Virus record (IMG/VR): IMGVR_UViG_3300035041_000009
Coordinates: 1-52,637 of that record
Length of the DNA: 52,637 bases
DNA from: a virus
Direction: 5' to 3' (one strand)
Shown: piece by piece, positions 19,813 to 30,501 of the stretch
How positions within the stretch are numbered: the first letter of the stretch is position 1
Layout: each line of letters opens with the position of its first letter
Translations under genes and position numbers: made by a program
Notes under the pieces: generated by a model
Databases searched by the model: none
What the model saw: the letters and a program-made list of their open reading frames with translations, nothing else
Told to the model about the DNA's origin: nothing

Positions 19813-22800
19813 CCCGCGCGAAGGAGTTTGATTTGGCTGAAAAGCAGACGGTCGATTGGGAAACGTTCGGGCAGCAGCTCGAAGAAGCCGATAAAATAGA
19901 AAAGAGCGTTTACAGCAATCTGGCAGAACAGCGCAGACAACAGACTGACCACTTCGGGGATACCGTAAACGATGTACAGGCAGGTGTATTAGGTGCCGGG
20001 CGCGGACTTGTCGGTTTGGCTGATCTTGTGACCCCCGGACAGCTTGGCAAGGTGGTAGACGAGTACACCCCGCTGGACGAATGGGAGGAACAGGTTGAAA
20101 GCCAATATTCCCCCGCACGCCAGCAGGCTCAGGCGGACTACGCTAACGCAGAAGGGGTTACCGGAAAGATCGGTGAAATCATTAAGAACCCCTCGCTTGC
20201 CACGTCTGCCGCTATCCAATCCGCGCCCTCAATGCTTGCCGGTGGTGGAGTGGCTAAGGCCGGGGCGGGCATATTAAGCAGGGGTGCCAAGTATCTGCCG
20301 CAGGCAGCTTACTACCTGTCCAAACTCAAGGGCGTATCTAAAAGCGTATCTAAAATTAAAAAGGCGCTGGGGAAAAACGCCGGGGCTATCACGCGCGGTG
20401 CTGTAAGTGAAGGGCTTATATCCGCAGGGCAGCAGGCGGAAGATATACGCAGTCAGACCGACACAGGAGAGACAAGCGCGACTCAGGATATTATCGCAGC
20501 CGTTACGGGCGCAGGAACAGCGGCCTTTGGTGCATTAGGCGGACGCGTAGCACAGAAGCTAGGTCTTGCCGATCCTGACATTCTTGCAGCAGGCGGCGAT
20601 GTAGTAGGCGCAGCTGTCAAAAAAGGCATGCCGCGTCGTGCTGCTGAAACAGCTTTTGTGGAAGGTATCTTCGAGGAACTTCCGCAATCAGCGCAGGAGC
20701 AGATGTTGAACAACATCGCCCTTGACCGACCTGTTACAGAGGGCTTAGAGGATGCCGTAGTGATGGGCACGGCTGCAGGCGGTGTTATGGGCGGTGCGAC
20801 CGGGATGGTGTTTGGTGGCGGAAAGTCCGGCGACGGCTTTACCATAGCTGACGACCCCAAAAACCCCGCAGAGACAAAGGTACAGCCCGAACAATCCGAA
20901 GCCGAAAAGCAATGGGAAAGCGCCTGGAAAGGTGTGGCAGCGCAGGAGGATGAAAGCCAGAAGCGTGCGCGCGTCAAGGACAGCCAGTTCGGCGACGAGA
21001 TACCCGGCGAAAACATCATGCAGGCAACCCAACGGCAGGGCTTGGGGCTTGGTCCGCTGACTGCACCGGGTAGACTTCTCCCGTATCAGGAGCAAACAGT
21101 ACCGCAGGAACAACCTCCCCAGGCAGAAGCGTTGCCATTGTCCATGTCGCCGGAATACTTCGAGCAGACCGGGCAGATGCTTCCCTATCAGTACGCGGGT
21201 AACATATCCCCCGAACAGCAAACAGAGCGGGTAAACACAGCCCTGAGTGAAAAAGAGCGCCAGCAGCAGAGCCTTACCCGTGAACAGTTCGAGGAAGCCC
21301 GGAAGCGCGTAAGCAGTTCAGATAATTACGCACAACTGCGCGAAAAAACCATGCGCGAGGTGCGCAACCTGGAGCGTAAGAAAAACCCAACCAAAAACCA
21401 GCGCAAGAGGCTTGATGAACTCAGAAGCAGGTTTAACCGCCTGACCGCTGTAGAGCCGGAAAAGCGTACCAAGGCCGACCGCGTAACCCGCGAAGGCAAT
21501 AAAGAATATATCCCTGTAATGAAGCGCAAAGAGTTCCGCGATATTCTCCCGGAATACACACGCAACTCCGTCAGCACCAAAGACGACATGGGTATGGGTT
21601 CCGTAGTAAACGCCGACGAGCGCGGACACTTTGGGCAGCGCACCCCCTCAACCAATCCCGCATGGGCGCAGGATGCCATAGCCGTTGCCGGGTCGGTTCC
21701 TAAACTCCGTAATGCGGTAGAAAAAGCCGCAAACGGCGAACCCCTGGGCGAGAATCAGCGCATTGCGGTGGAGATAGTAGCCGACGCCTACCGTGATGAA
21801 CGCAACCAAGGGCGCGTGGGCGAAGTATTGCAGCGCCGTACCGACACGCAGAACCTTGTACGCACCCGCCAGGCCGCAAAGGATAAGCCCTCAAGCCAGT
21901 ATCTTGAGATGGACGAACGCGAGCAGGCGGTATATGACGAACTGGACAGCGAAACAAAGACCCTGCACGAACTTACCATGCAGGCATACGATGTGGCCGA
22001 CGAGAACAGCGTGGATGCGTTGCTCGAATCTGACTTGAGCGATGGTGAGATTGCCGCAGAACTGTACAATTTAATTGAAAGGAAATCCAATGGGCGACAA
22101 AGCGAAACAGGTGAAACAACTGATCGACAAGCAGAGACAGCGCAAGGGCCTGAAGCGGGGACCACAGAACGGGACGGGACCGAAAGCGCAGAAGGGGATG
22201 TGCGACAAGAGGTAGACCCGGATCAATTTCCTGACGCCACGAAAATGATCGAAACGGAACAGGCAACCGAAGCGACTGCACAGCCCACGGCTGACGTAGC
22301 AATCGAGGCAGGGCAGGGTCAGCGTAGCGAATCTGCCGCACCCGACTTTGAGGAAATGGTAAAGGAAGCCGCCCGCTGGAGAGGTGCGGCCCTGAACCAT
22401 GCTTCCAATCTGGACGAAAAGGGTAAGTACCAAGTATCAAAGCGCACAACCAAAGGCGACCTTGATGCCTACTTGATGCGCAAATATGGCATAGACGAGA
22501 CGGAAGCAAGAGACGTATCAAATGCCCTTACACAGCGCAACTTGGAAGATGACAGAACCGCAGACCCAGCAGATTATACGGGTGAAGAGTGGTACAAGGT
22601 CGGAAATTCTATTCCGGTTCAACAGCAAGAAACACCCGCAGCGTCTGGCGAAACCTCCGCACAAACCAACCTCCCCGCAGAGCGCATGAAGTTTATCGAG
22701 CGCAAGGTTGACGAACTCGGCAGTATTGAAGCGGTAGACAAGAAGTACACCGGAGATGCGAAGATTGATCGCTATGCGCGGGATTATGCGCGGGAGGTGT

Positions 22801-25800
22801 TTGGTGAGCCGTCCAGAAAAGCCAAACAGGTGGAATCAAAACCCGCTCAAGAAACCAAAGTCCCTGAAACCGCCACCCAGGAGGAAAAACCGGCGCAGGA
22901 ATCAAGAGCGGATCAAGAAGCAACCAAAAAACCCAGCAATAACACCATCTTTACCGAAGATGCGGCAGAGAGGGCGCGGCAGAAAATACGCCAAAGCCTG
23001 AGCAGAACAAACTCCGGTTTTGATCCAGAGCTGGCACAAGCAGGGCTTACCCTCGCCGGGTATCACATTGAGAAGGGCGCTCGCACGTTTGCAGCCTATG
23101 CCAAAGCCATGGTTGAGGATATGGGTGATATGGTCAGGCCGCACCTCAAGGCGTGGTACATGGCGGTGAAATATGAACCTTCTGCGGCAGAGATGCACGC
23201 AGATATGGATTCTGCTGCTACAGTTGAAAGTGCTGAAATTGACGATATACTGAAGGTAAATGGAGGTGAAGATGTCACTGACGAGCGTACCCCAGGAAGT
23301 GTGGAACGAGATAGCCGAGACGCAGGAACTGGCGACGAAGTGGGCGCAAGAGGTGTTTCCCCTAACCGGGGAGTTCGCGATAGCGCAACAGGAGGGCAAG
23401 GAGTACGAAGCTCTGCGGAACAAGGGGATAGCGCAGAAAATAGCGGCGGCGTACCTGGACGTGAAACCCCTGCTCCTGGAAAACGTGGCAATCAGCAGGC
23501 ATATCCTGCAGACGGATCAGTTGCAGCTGCGCAGCGCACTCCCGGAGGTAACAACGGTGAGCGAGGCGGTGATGTTAGCTTCGTTGGATCGGCGGTTGAC
23601 CCCGTTGCAACAGAAGCAGTTGGAGAAACTGCTACAAAAGGACGTGAGAAAGCTGAAACTGCGAAACAGCAGAAGCAAGCAGAGCACAAGCGCGTAAAAC
23701 TCGCAGATCGCGAGAATATAGCCGAAACACTTCCCGCGTTGTATGAAGAACAGCAGGACGATGTATACTTTGCCGAACAGCGATTTGCCAAGCCAAAAGG
23801 TACGGGGGTGCTGTTCGCCAACGGCACTGGCACGGGCAAAACCTTTACCGGCCTTGGGATTATCAAGCGTTTTTCCATGCGCGGTAAAGATAATATCTTA
23901 ATTGTGGTTCCAAACGCCAAACTTATAGATGACTGGATTGAGTCCGGCAAGACCCTTAACCTTGACATAAAAAGGCTCAAGGATACCAAGGACAACGGAA
24001 ACGGGATAGTTGTTACCACGTATGCCAACATGGGGGCCAACAACTCACTCGCAGAGCGTGAATGGGATTTAGTGGTTCCCGACGAGGCAGACAATCTGAT
24101 GAGCAACAAAGATGGAAAGGAAACCTCTGCCCTTGCTACCCTCAGAGCGATAACCGCCAACCCTCGCGGAGCTTATGACCGTTTCCGTATGCTGCACCGC
24201 GATAAAATAGCGGAACGTGACCAACTCAAAGAGTCAATGCAGTCCAACCGCAGCCTCTATGCTCTGGACGATACCACGGACATGCAGCGGGCTGACCTTG
24301 AAAAAGAGTATGCAGGGCTGAAAGAAGAGTACGACGCTCTGCAAAAGGAACTTGGCCAGGCTAACAACGAAATTGTTGACCAGATAAAAAACATGCCGGA
24401 CGAGCAGCGCACCCGCGTTGCATTTTTATCCGCCACACCGATTCCCTACGAAAAGAACGTGGACTACCTGGAGGGGTACCTGTTCGACTACCCCGAAGAT
24501 GGCTATATAGGCAACAGCCGTCAGGGTGGTTTTGAAAAGTTCATGGTTGAAAACTTTGGCTATCGTGTCCGGTATCACAAGCTTACCGAGCCGGACAAAG
24601 AGGTTGACCGTGGTTTGATGCAGCGCATGTTTAATACGCGCTTGCGCAAAGAGGGTGTTCTTTCAACCAGAATGCTGAGTGTTGACAAGGACTATGATCG
24701 CCGCTTTGTTCTCACCGAAAACGCTATCGGCAGCAAGATTGATGATGGCCTGCAGTTCCTTTGGGATAACGAACAATACCGTCCGTTGGCGGATATTATC
24801 AACAAGCGCTTTGACTATCTTTCAAGGCGCTATCTGCTTGAATCAATAAAGGCACGTGAATCCGTTCCCCTCATCAAAGACCACCTAAAGAAGGGGCGCA
24901 AGGTAGTAGTATTCCATGACTACAAAAAGGGTGGAGGCTTCAACCCCTTCGATCTTGGCACTTTACGCAACAGCAAGGAAGAAATAACCAATACCGATAT
25001 GACACTGGGCGACCTGGTGAGGCAGTTTGAGGCAGAGCGCCCAGACTTGCAGCAGATAGATTTCAGCGATCTGTTGTCGGCAGTGGGGACGTTCAGTCGT
25101 GAATTTGGTGATGAACTTCTTATAGTCAACGGGGATTTCAAGGAGCGCGACAATCTGGATTCCTTCAAGAGGTTTAACGACGAAAATTCCGGCCCCCTGG
25201 TAATGCTGGTGCAATCCGCTAAAAATGCAGGATGGAGCGGGCACGACACCACCGGAAAGTACCAGCGTGTAATGTTTAACCTCGGTCTACCGGAACGCCC
25301 CACAATGGCAATCCAGCAGGAGGGCAGGATTTACCGCGTAGGGCAGGCGTCCAACGCGATATTCCGCTATCTGAATACCGGCACCAACTGGGAGCGTATT
25401 GCCTTTGCGCAAACTATAGCGCAGCGTTCATCAACAGCGGAAAACCTGGCAATGGGCGAAGAAGCGCGTGCCCTCATGGACGGGTTTATCGAAGCATTTG
25501 AGGAGTCAGACAGCTACCCGGCAGGACACCCCGGAGAGGGAACTGGCGGCAAAGAGCGTGATGCAGCGGCAAACGCAGTGTTGACCGAGTGGGATCGCGC
25601 CATGTCGCTGTATTACTCCCAACTCAAACGCAACAGCAAGAGTAAAGCACAAGAAGGCTTGGACTATTTCGCCACGCCGGAACCGCTCGGTCTGAAAATG
25701 GTTGAGTGGGCGGATATTCGTGGTGGTGAGGATGTGCTTGAACCATCAGCGGGGCATGGCGCTATAGCACGCTGGATACCTGAAAACGTGGACGCGACCA

Positions 25801-28800
25801 TAGTTGAACCTTCTCTTGAGTTAAGTTCAAAAGTTCGCATGGTGGCCCAAGGCAAGCATATTACTGACACCTTTGAAAATCTCCACAAGGTCAACAAGTA
25901 TGACGCTATCGTGATGAATCCGCCGTTTGGAAAAGGCGGGAAGACCGCAATAGAGCACCTGGATAAAGCAACAAACCATCTGCGCGACGGCGGCCGTGTA
26001 GTGGCGATAATTCCATCCGGCCCGGCGGCAGACAAGCGTTTTGATAAGTGGTTTTACGCTGAAGATGAGAAAGGAAAGAGCCTTACACCTGACCTGAGTT
26101 TGAGGGCTGAAATAAGTCTGCCATCATCAATCTTTGAGCGTGCCGGAACATCGGTTAAGGCACGGATAGTTGTTATTGACAAAGGTAGCGAATCAACCGA
26201 GACAGCTACCCGCGACTATTCAAGTGCCACTGGTGTTAAAGAGTTTTTCGAGCGCATAGAAGATTCCAGCATACCGGAACGTACTAAGGCGAAACCAGCA
26301 GAAGAAGCTATCGCGCCCCAGGCGGAAGGGAGCGAAAGCGGTTTCAAACTCGCGCAAACCACTCACGCAAAAAAAGGCATCGACCTCTATGTGGCAACAA
26401 ACATTGAGCGTGTTCCGTATGAAGAATATAAACGACTTAACTCAATAGCGAAAAAGCACAACGGCTATTACTCCAAGTTTAGCCGCAACGGTGCAGTGCC
26501 GGGCTTCCAGTTTGAAAGCGAGCAGGACAGGGCAGAGTTTTTGAAGGAAGCCGGTCAAGAACAGTTGCAATCACGCTCGGCACAGAAAACCAACAACACC
26601 CCCGCCCAGGTAGAAAAAGAAGCAAAGTCCTTCCTCGGCAAAGGCTTCGAGAAGATGAAGCAAGCCGGAGCGCTGAAGGTGGTGCAGAGTTTGGACGAAG
26701 TACCCGGTAGCGGGATGTTTTCTGAGCTTATCTTGCCATTACATGAGGTGCGAGACACAGAAAAAGTAGACGCACTGGCGGAAGCTATGAGTAAAAGCGG
26801 ATGGGTAGGCAGGCCAGTAGTTGTTGTTGGAGAGCAGGCTATCACTGGGACACACCGGTTAGCGGCGGCAGAAAAGGCCGGTATTGATCCGGAAACTTAC
26901 GAAATCGAGCCAGGCGTTTTAACAGAAGACACTACCAGAGAAGAACAGCAGGCATGGGAAGATTTGGTGGAGGGCGATGACGAGTCACGCCTTGATGCTG
27001 CGAAGGTGCTTAACCGGCTGGGTATCCTTGACGAGGAAGCCGTCACCCTTATTGAGCAGGAAGTAGAAGGTAATTTTTCTGACTTCCAGCCGCTTTACTC
27101 CCAAAATGGCGACATAGCCGGGGTGTATAAAGACGGGCAGATCACCCTGGTAGCCGACCAGATAGCCAAGGGCGAAACAGCCGGACTTCTGAAACACGAA
27201 GGCTTACACCTCCTGCTGCGCAACGATCCCACCTTTAAGAAGCGCAAGGGCGAGATCATGCGCCAGTTTAAGAACCTCAAGAATACGCCGAAGGTGAAAG
27301 AGGCGTATGCCGTAGTACCCAAGGAGACCGACCAGAACGTGCGCGACGAGGAAGCACTGGCGTACCTGGTGCAGAACCACAAAGAGCACAGCCTGGTTAA
27401 GCGGATCATCTCAGCGGTTAAGGCGTGGATGTTCCGCAACGGTATTCCGGTAACAAAGCTGACCGAAGGTGACTTGACCGCACTTGCGGCGCAGGGGATT
27501 AAGCGGTTCAGTAAAGCGCAGACCATAGAGCAGGCGTTAGCACAGGCGGACGCGATGGTTGGCAGTGAGCAACCCGTATTCTCCCGCAAGAGAGTAAGGG
27601 GAACAGAGGCGATAGAAAAGGCTCTGCGCGAGACACAGGCGGTCCCTAAAGATGAAATGTCCTGGCATGAGCGCGTGCAGGACTGGATGAAGGGGATCAG
27701 CGAAAACTTCAATAAAGAGAACATCCGCCAATCGGTATTTGACGAATATGCCAGTGTAGAGAGAGCGGAAAAGCAGAAATACGGCAAACTTCTGGACGCT
27801 GACTTTTCCCCATCCAAGGCGTTACGTGCTACCAAGAACCTTGATTCCGTTATGGCGGCAATCTTCATGAAGGGTAAGATACGCCTCAACAAAAACGGCT
27901 GGACCGAACTTGTAGACCCGGAGAACGGCAAAGGGTTCCTGAAGATATTTGAACCCTTGTTCCAGTATGAGGGCGGATCACTCACCCGCTTATGGGAAGG
28001 CTACGCCGGGGCGCGACGTGCCAAGGAGTTGAAAGCGCAGAACCGCGAGAACAACTACAGTGACGAGCAGATAAAAGAACTGATGAAGCTCGAACGAGAA
28101 TACGACGGTACAAACGGAAAGCCGGACTTCAAGGCGATATTCGATGAATACCAGGCGTTCAATAAATCCATCCTGGACTTTGCCGAATCAGCAGGAGTAA
28201 TTGACCCGGAAAGCCGCAAGCTGTGGGAGAGCAACGACTATATCCCCATGTACCGTATCCTTGACGATATGGACGACGCTAAAGGCCCGATGAAGAAAGG
28301 CGGCGTAGCAAGTCAGACAAGCGGAATACGCAAGCTCAAGGGCGGTGTAAGTAAGCACGGTGGCGTCATGGAAAACATGGTAATGAACATGACCAAGCTG
28401 GTGGACGCCAGTTATAAGAATATTGGAGCTGAACGCGCCATTGACCTGGGGCTGGAAACCGGGCACGCGGAAGCAGTGGCAGGATCGGCCGCGAACATGG
28501 AAGAGGAGCAGATACGCGAGTACGTCAACGGCGTAGGGCTTGACTACGACGCAATGGATGAAAGCCAGCAAAAAGCATGGCGCAAGACCCTGGGTAAATT
28601 CAGCCCTGAAGGCGGGGATATTGTTCATGTCCTCAAGGGCGGGAAGCGTAAGTATTACCGCGTGAACGATCCCCTGTTTCTGCGCAGCTTGCAGAGCGTA
28701 GGCGGCACGGACAGCAACGTGCTGAAGCTGTTCCGCATGTCTAAAAGCCTGTTGACCAATACCGTTACCGCGAACCCCTCGTTTATGGTCGCAAACTACC

Positions 28801-30242
28801 TGCGCGATTCTTTGAGTACGTGGCTGGTTACCGGCACAAAGATGTTCCCGGTATTCTCAGGGATAAAGCAGGGCATGAAAGCGTGGAACGAGGACGCTAT
28901 GCTCTGGCAGATGATGGCAGCCGGTGCCGGGGGTGGGCGCTTCTATAACACCCGCTCCAAAGATGTGCGCAAAATGGCGAACCAGATCGAAAAGAAGATG
29001 AAGGACAAAGGCTTTGCCGAGACGGTCCTGGATTCGCCGGGTAAAATCTGGCAATTCTGGCAGAAGATGGGCAACGTATCCGAGAACGCCAACCGCCTGG
29101 CAGTCATGCAGGACTATCTCAATCGGGGATACACCCAGACAGAGGCCGCATATCAGGCAATGGACGTAATGAACTTCACCCGCCACGGTGACGGGGCAAT
29201 AATGAAGTTTATGATGGATACCGTCCCATTCCTGAACGCGCGTATTCAGGGCTTGGATCGTGTATACCGCGGTGCCAAGGCAAACCCCGGCACCTTTGCT
29301 ATGCGGGGCGCAATGTTGGGCATGGCTTCCCTGGCACTGTACATGGCGAACAAAGACCGGGAAGAGTACGACGACCTCCCCGAATGGGACAAAGATATTT
29401 ACTGGCACTTTTTTACCCCTGCCGGGCATTATCGTTTCCCGAAACCGTTTGAAGTTGGCGCAATCTTTGGTATGCTTCCAGAACGTATTGCTGAAGCGAT
29501 AAGCAAGGGCGAAACAAGGTTCCTCGCAGACGCAGCCAAGCGTGCGGTAATGGATACCCTCGCCTTTGACCCCATGCCTCAATTAGTAAGACCGGCATAC
29601 GAGATAGCCATTGACCGCAATCGCTTTTTCGATATGCCGATTGTAGGTTTTGACAAGTACCTCGAACCCGAAGCGCAGTACAACACCCGCACGCCGGTAA
29701 GTTATGTGAAACTCGCAGAGGCTATGCCTGATATAGCGCCGGACTTCCTGAGAAGCCCGAAGCAGCTTGAACACCTCGTAAGGGGGTATACATCTTCTGT
29801 CGGCTCAATCATGTTCTGGATGGCTGACCGGATGATGGAGCAGGCGGGGATGATCGATAAGAAAGAAACCCTGCAACTCACGGAAGCGCCGGTAATAAAA
29901 CGATTCTTCCGCGAGCACGACCCCAGAAGTGTGAAGTATTCCAGCTACTTTTACGATATGGTCAACGAGGCGGATCAGATATACAAGACCGTTAACAAGT
30001 ACATGAAGTACGGACGCCGGGATGATGCCCGCGAACTCATAGACGACAACCGCGAACTGTTGCAGAAACGCAAAGGCCTGAACCGCTACAAGCGGCAAAT
30101 ATCCGAGATCAACCGCACAATGGATAAGATAGCCCGCTCAAGCCTTGCACCGGCAATAAAAGACGCACGCAACCGTAAGCTACAGCAGCAGAAAAACCGG
30201 CTGCAAAAGAGAGCCGTAGAAATCTACGGGGAAGGATTTTGA
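19800..30242 (+). CDS. Giant polyvalent (DarB-like) protein, 3,480 aa: Gly-zipper N-terminus, SNF2-type helicase, N6-adenine MTase, ParB-like domain, HExxH zincin, large C-terminal region
   Basis: A single uninterrupted 10.4-kb ORF. Motifs:
- GTGKT near 23827-23845
- DEAD at 24081-24092
- QQEGRIYRVGQ near 25311-25345
- VLEPSAGHG at 25734-25760
- NPPF at 25917-25928
- ParB-like ILPLHEV...THRLAAAEKAGI at 26729-26885
- HEGLH at 27195-27209

No early ATG exists. The start is TTG at 19800, or TTG at 19833, which lies 6 nt after AAGGAG. Confidence 0.85.
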   Translation: MEEITRAKEFDLAEKQTVDWETFGQQLEEADKIEKSVYSNLAEQRRQQTDHFGDTVNDVQAGVLGAGRGLVGLADLVTPGQLGKVVDEYTPLDEWEEQVESQYSPARQQAQADYANAEGVTGKIGEIIKNPSLATSAAIQSAPSMLAGGGVAKAGAGILSRGAKYLPQAAYYLSKLKGVSKSVSKIKKALGKNAGAITRGAVSEGLISAGQQAEDIRSQTDTGETSATQDIIAAVTGAGTAAFGALGGRVAQKLGLADPDILAAGGDVVGAAVKKGMPRRAAETAFVEGIFEELPQSAQEQMLNNIALDRPVTEGLEDAVVMGTAAGGVMGGATGMVFGGGKSGDGFTIADDPKNPAETKVQPEQSEAEKQWESAWKGVAAQEDESQKRARVKDSQFGDEIPGENIMQATQRQGLGLGPLTAPGRLLPYQEQTVPQEQPPQAEALPLSMSPEYFEQTGQMLPYQYAGNISPEQQTERVNTALSEKERQQQSLTREQFEEARKRVSSSDNYAQLREKTMREVRNLERKKNPTKNQRKRLDELRSRFNRLTAVEPEKRTKADRVTREGNKEYIPVMKRKEFRDILPEYTRNSVSTKDDMGMGSVVNADERGHFGQRTPSTNPAWAQDAIAVAGSVPKLRNAVEKAANGEPLGENQRIAVEIVADAYRDERNQGRVGEVLQRRTDTQNLVRTRQAAKDKPSSQYLEMDEREQAVYDELDSETKTLHELTMQAYDVADENSVDALLESDLSDGEIAAELYNLIERKSNGRQSETGETTDRQAETAQGPEAGTTERDGTESAEGDVRQEVDPDQFPDATKMIETEQATEATAQPTADVAIEAGQGQRSESAAPDFEEMVKEAARWRGAALNHASNLDEKGKYQVSKRTTKGDLDAYLMRKYGIDETEARDVSNALTQRNLEDDRTADPADYTGEEWYKVGNSIPVQQQETPAASGETSAQTNLPAERMKFIERKVDELGSIEAVDKKYTGDAKIDRYARDYAREVFGEPSRKAKQVESKPAQETKVPETATQEEKPAQESRADQEATKKPSNNTIFTEDAAERARQKIRQSLSRTNSGFDPELAQAGLTLAGYHIEKGARTFAAYAKAMVEDMGDMVRPHLKAWYMAVKYEPSAAEMHADMDSAATVESAEIDDILKVNGGEDVTDERTPGSVERDSRDAGTGDEVGARGVSPNRGVRDSATGGQGVRSSAEQGDSAENSGGVPGRETPAPGKRGNQQAYPADGSVAAAQRTPGGNNGERGGDVSFVGSAVDPVATEAVGETATKGREKAETAKQQKQAEHKRVKLADRENIAETLPALYEEQQDDVYFAEQRFAKPKGTGVLFANGTGTGKTFTGLGIIKRFSMRGKDNILIVVPNAKLIDDWIESGKTLNLDIKRLKDTKDNGNGIVVTTYANMGANNSLAEREWDLVVPDEADNLMSNKDGKETSALATLRAITANPRGAYDRFRMLHRDKIAERDQLKESMQSNRSLYALDDTTDMQRADLEKEYAGLKEEYDALQKELGQANNEIVDQIKNMPDEQRTRVAFLSATPIPYEKNVDYLEGYLFDYPEDGYIGNSRQGGFEKFMVENFGYRVRYHKLTEPDKEVDRGLMQRMFNTRLRKEGVLSTRMLSVDKDYDRRFVLTENAIGSKIDDGLQFLWDNEQYRPLADIINKRFDYLSRRYLLESIKARESVPLIKDHLKKGRKVVVFHDYKKGGGFNPFDLGTLRNSKEEITNTDMTLGDLVRQFEAERPDLQQIDFSDLLSAVGTFSREFGDELLIVNGDFKERDNLDSFKRFNDENSGPLVMLVQSAKNAGWSGHDTTGKYQRVMFNLGLPERPTMAIQQEGRIYRVGQASNAIFRYLNTGTNWERIAFAQTIAQRSSTAENLAMGEEARALMDGFIEAFEESDSYPAGHPGEGTGGKERDAAANAVLTEWDRAMSLYYSQLKRNSKSKAQEGLDYFATPEPLGLKMVEWADIRGGEDVLEPSAGHGAIARWIPENVDATIVEPSLELSSKVRMVAQGKHITDTFENLHKVNKYDAIVMNPPFGKGGKTAIEHLDKATNHLRDGGRVVAIIPSGPAADKRFDKWFYAEDEKGKSLTPDLSLRAEISLPSSIFERAGTSVKARIVVIDKGSESTETATRDYSSATGVKEFFERIEDSSIPERTKAKPAEEAIAPQAEGSESGFKLAQTTHAKKGIDLYVATNIERVPYEEYKRLNSIAKKHNGYYSKFSRNGAVPGFQFESEQDRAEFLKEAGQEQLQSRSAQKTNNTPAQVEKEAKSFLGKGFEKMKQAGALKVVQSLDEVPGSGMFSELILPLHEVRDTEKVDALAEAMSKSGWVGRPVVVVGEQAITGTHRLAAAEKAGIDPETYEIEPGVLTEDTTREEQQAWEDLVEGDDESRLDAAKVLNRLGILDEEAVTLIEQEVEGNFSDFQPLYSQNGDIAGVYKDGQITLVADQIAKGETAGLLKHEGLHLLLRNDPTFKKRKGEIMRQFKNLKNTPKVKEAYAVVPKETDQNVRDEEALAYLVQNHKEHSLVKRIISAVKAWMFRNGIPVTKLTEGDLTALAAQGIKRFSKAQTIEQALAQADAMVGSEQPVFSRKRVRGTEAIEKALRETQAVPKDEMSWHERVQDWMKGISENFNKENIRQSVFDEYASVERAEKQKYGKLLDADFSPSKALRATKNLDSVMAAIFMKGKIRLNKNGWTELVDPENGKGFLKIFEPLFQYEGGSLTRLWEGYAGARRAKELKAQNRENNYSDEQIKELMKLEREYDGTNGKPDFKAIFDEYQAFNKSILDFAESAGVIDPESRKLWESNDYIPMYRILDDMDDAKGPMKKGGVASQTSGIRKLKGGVSKHGGVMENMVMNMTKLVDASYKNIGAERAIDLGLETGHAEAVAGSAANMEEEQIREYVNGVGLDYDAMDESQQKAWRKTLGKFSPEGGDIVHVLKGGKRKYYRVNDPLFLRSLQSVGGTDSNVLKLFRMSKSLLTNTVTANPSFMVANYLRDSLSTWLVTGTKMFPVFSGIKQGMKAWNEDAMLWQMMAAGAGGGRFYNTRSKDVRKMANQIEKKMKDKGFAETVLDSPGKIWQFWQKMGNVSENANRLAVMQDYLNRGYTQTEAAYQAMDVMNFTRHGDGAIMKFMMDTVPFLNARIQGLDRVYRGAKANPGTFAMRGAMLGMASLALYMANKDREEYDDLPEWDKDIYWHFFTPAGHYRFPKPFEVGAIFGMLPERIAEAISKGETRFLADAAKRAVMDTLAFDPMPQLVRPAYEIAIDRNRFFDMPIVGFDKYLEPEAQYNTRTPVSYVKLAEAMPDIAPDFLRSPKQLEHLVRGYTSSVGSIMFWMADRMMEQAGMIDKKETLQLTEAPVIKRFFREHDPRSVKYSSYFYDMVNEADQIYKTVNKYMKYGRRDDARELIDDNRELLQKRKGLNRYKRQISEINRTMDKIARSSLAPAIKDARNRKLQQQKNRLQKRAVEIYGEGF

Positions 30243-30244
30243 TT

Positions 30245-30367
30245 ATGGCAAACCAGGGGTGGCTGTTGATACTTACGGTGATAGGCGGGGTGTTCTTTGC
30301 CGGTAACTCACTCGCAATGATGCTCCTGGGTATCGTGTTGATAATTATTCTTGCCACGATCTTCTGA
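30245..30367 (+). CDS. 40-aa double-hydrophobic-segment membrane peptide (not in ORF track)
   Basis: ATG lies 2 nt after the giant-gene stop. Translation is MANQGWLLILTVIGGVFFAGNSLAMMLLGIVLIIILATIF. A terminator follows. Confidence 0.5.
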   Translation: MANQGWLLILTVIGGVFFAGNSLAMMLLGIVLIIILATIF

Positions 30368-30392
30368 TTTAACCAAACATACAGCAAAACTG

Positions 30393-30424
30393 AGGGGTTG
30401 CCTTAACGGGCAGCCCCTTTTTTG
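30393..30424 (+). terminator. Rho-independent terminator
   Basis: AGGGGTTGCC pairs with GGCAGCCCCT, followed by T7. Confidence 0.75.
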
Positions 30425-30435
30425 TGTCTTAGCTA

Positions 30436-30465
30436 TTGAGTACAATGGGTACACAGTGGTATACT
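30436..30465 (+). promoter_or_regulatory. Candidate promoter of the lysis cassette (extended -10)
   Basis: TTGAGT (30436-30441), an 18-nt spacer ending in TGG, and TATACT (30460-30465). Confidence 0.5.
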
Positions 30466-30501
30466 CATAAGTATAACCTTTCAGTTTATCACAGGGGACT
30501 T

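Noticed and set aside
19800-30242. The giant ORF could be an N4-like virion RNA polymerase (N4 vRNAP is ~3,500 aa, and the capsid gene is N4-gp56-type).
   Set aside because: I see helicase, methylase, ParB-like and zincin motifs but no single-subunit RNAP motifs. The genome is also temperate and lambdoid in its early region. The size match is treated as coincidence.
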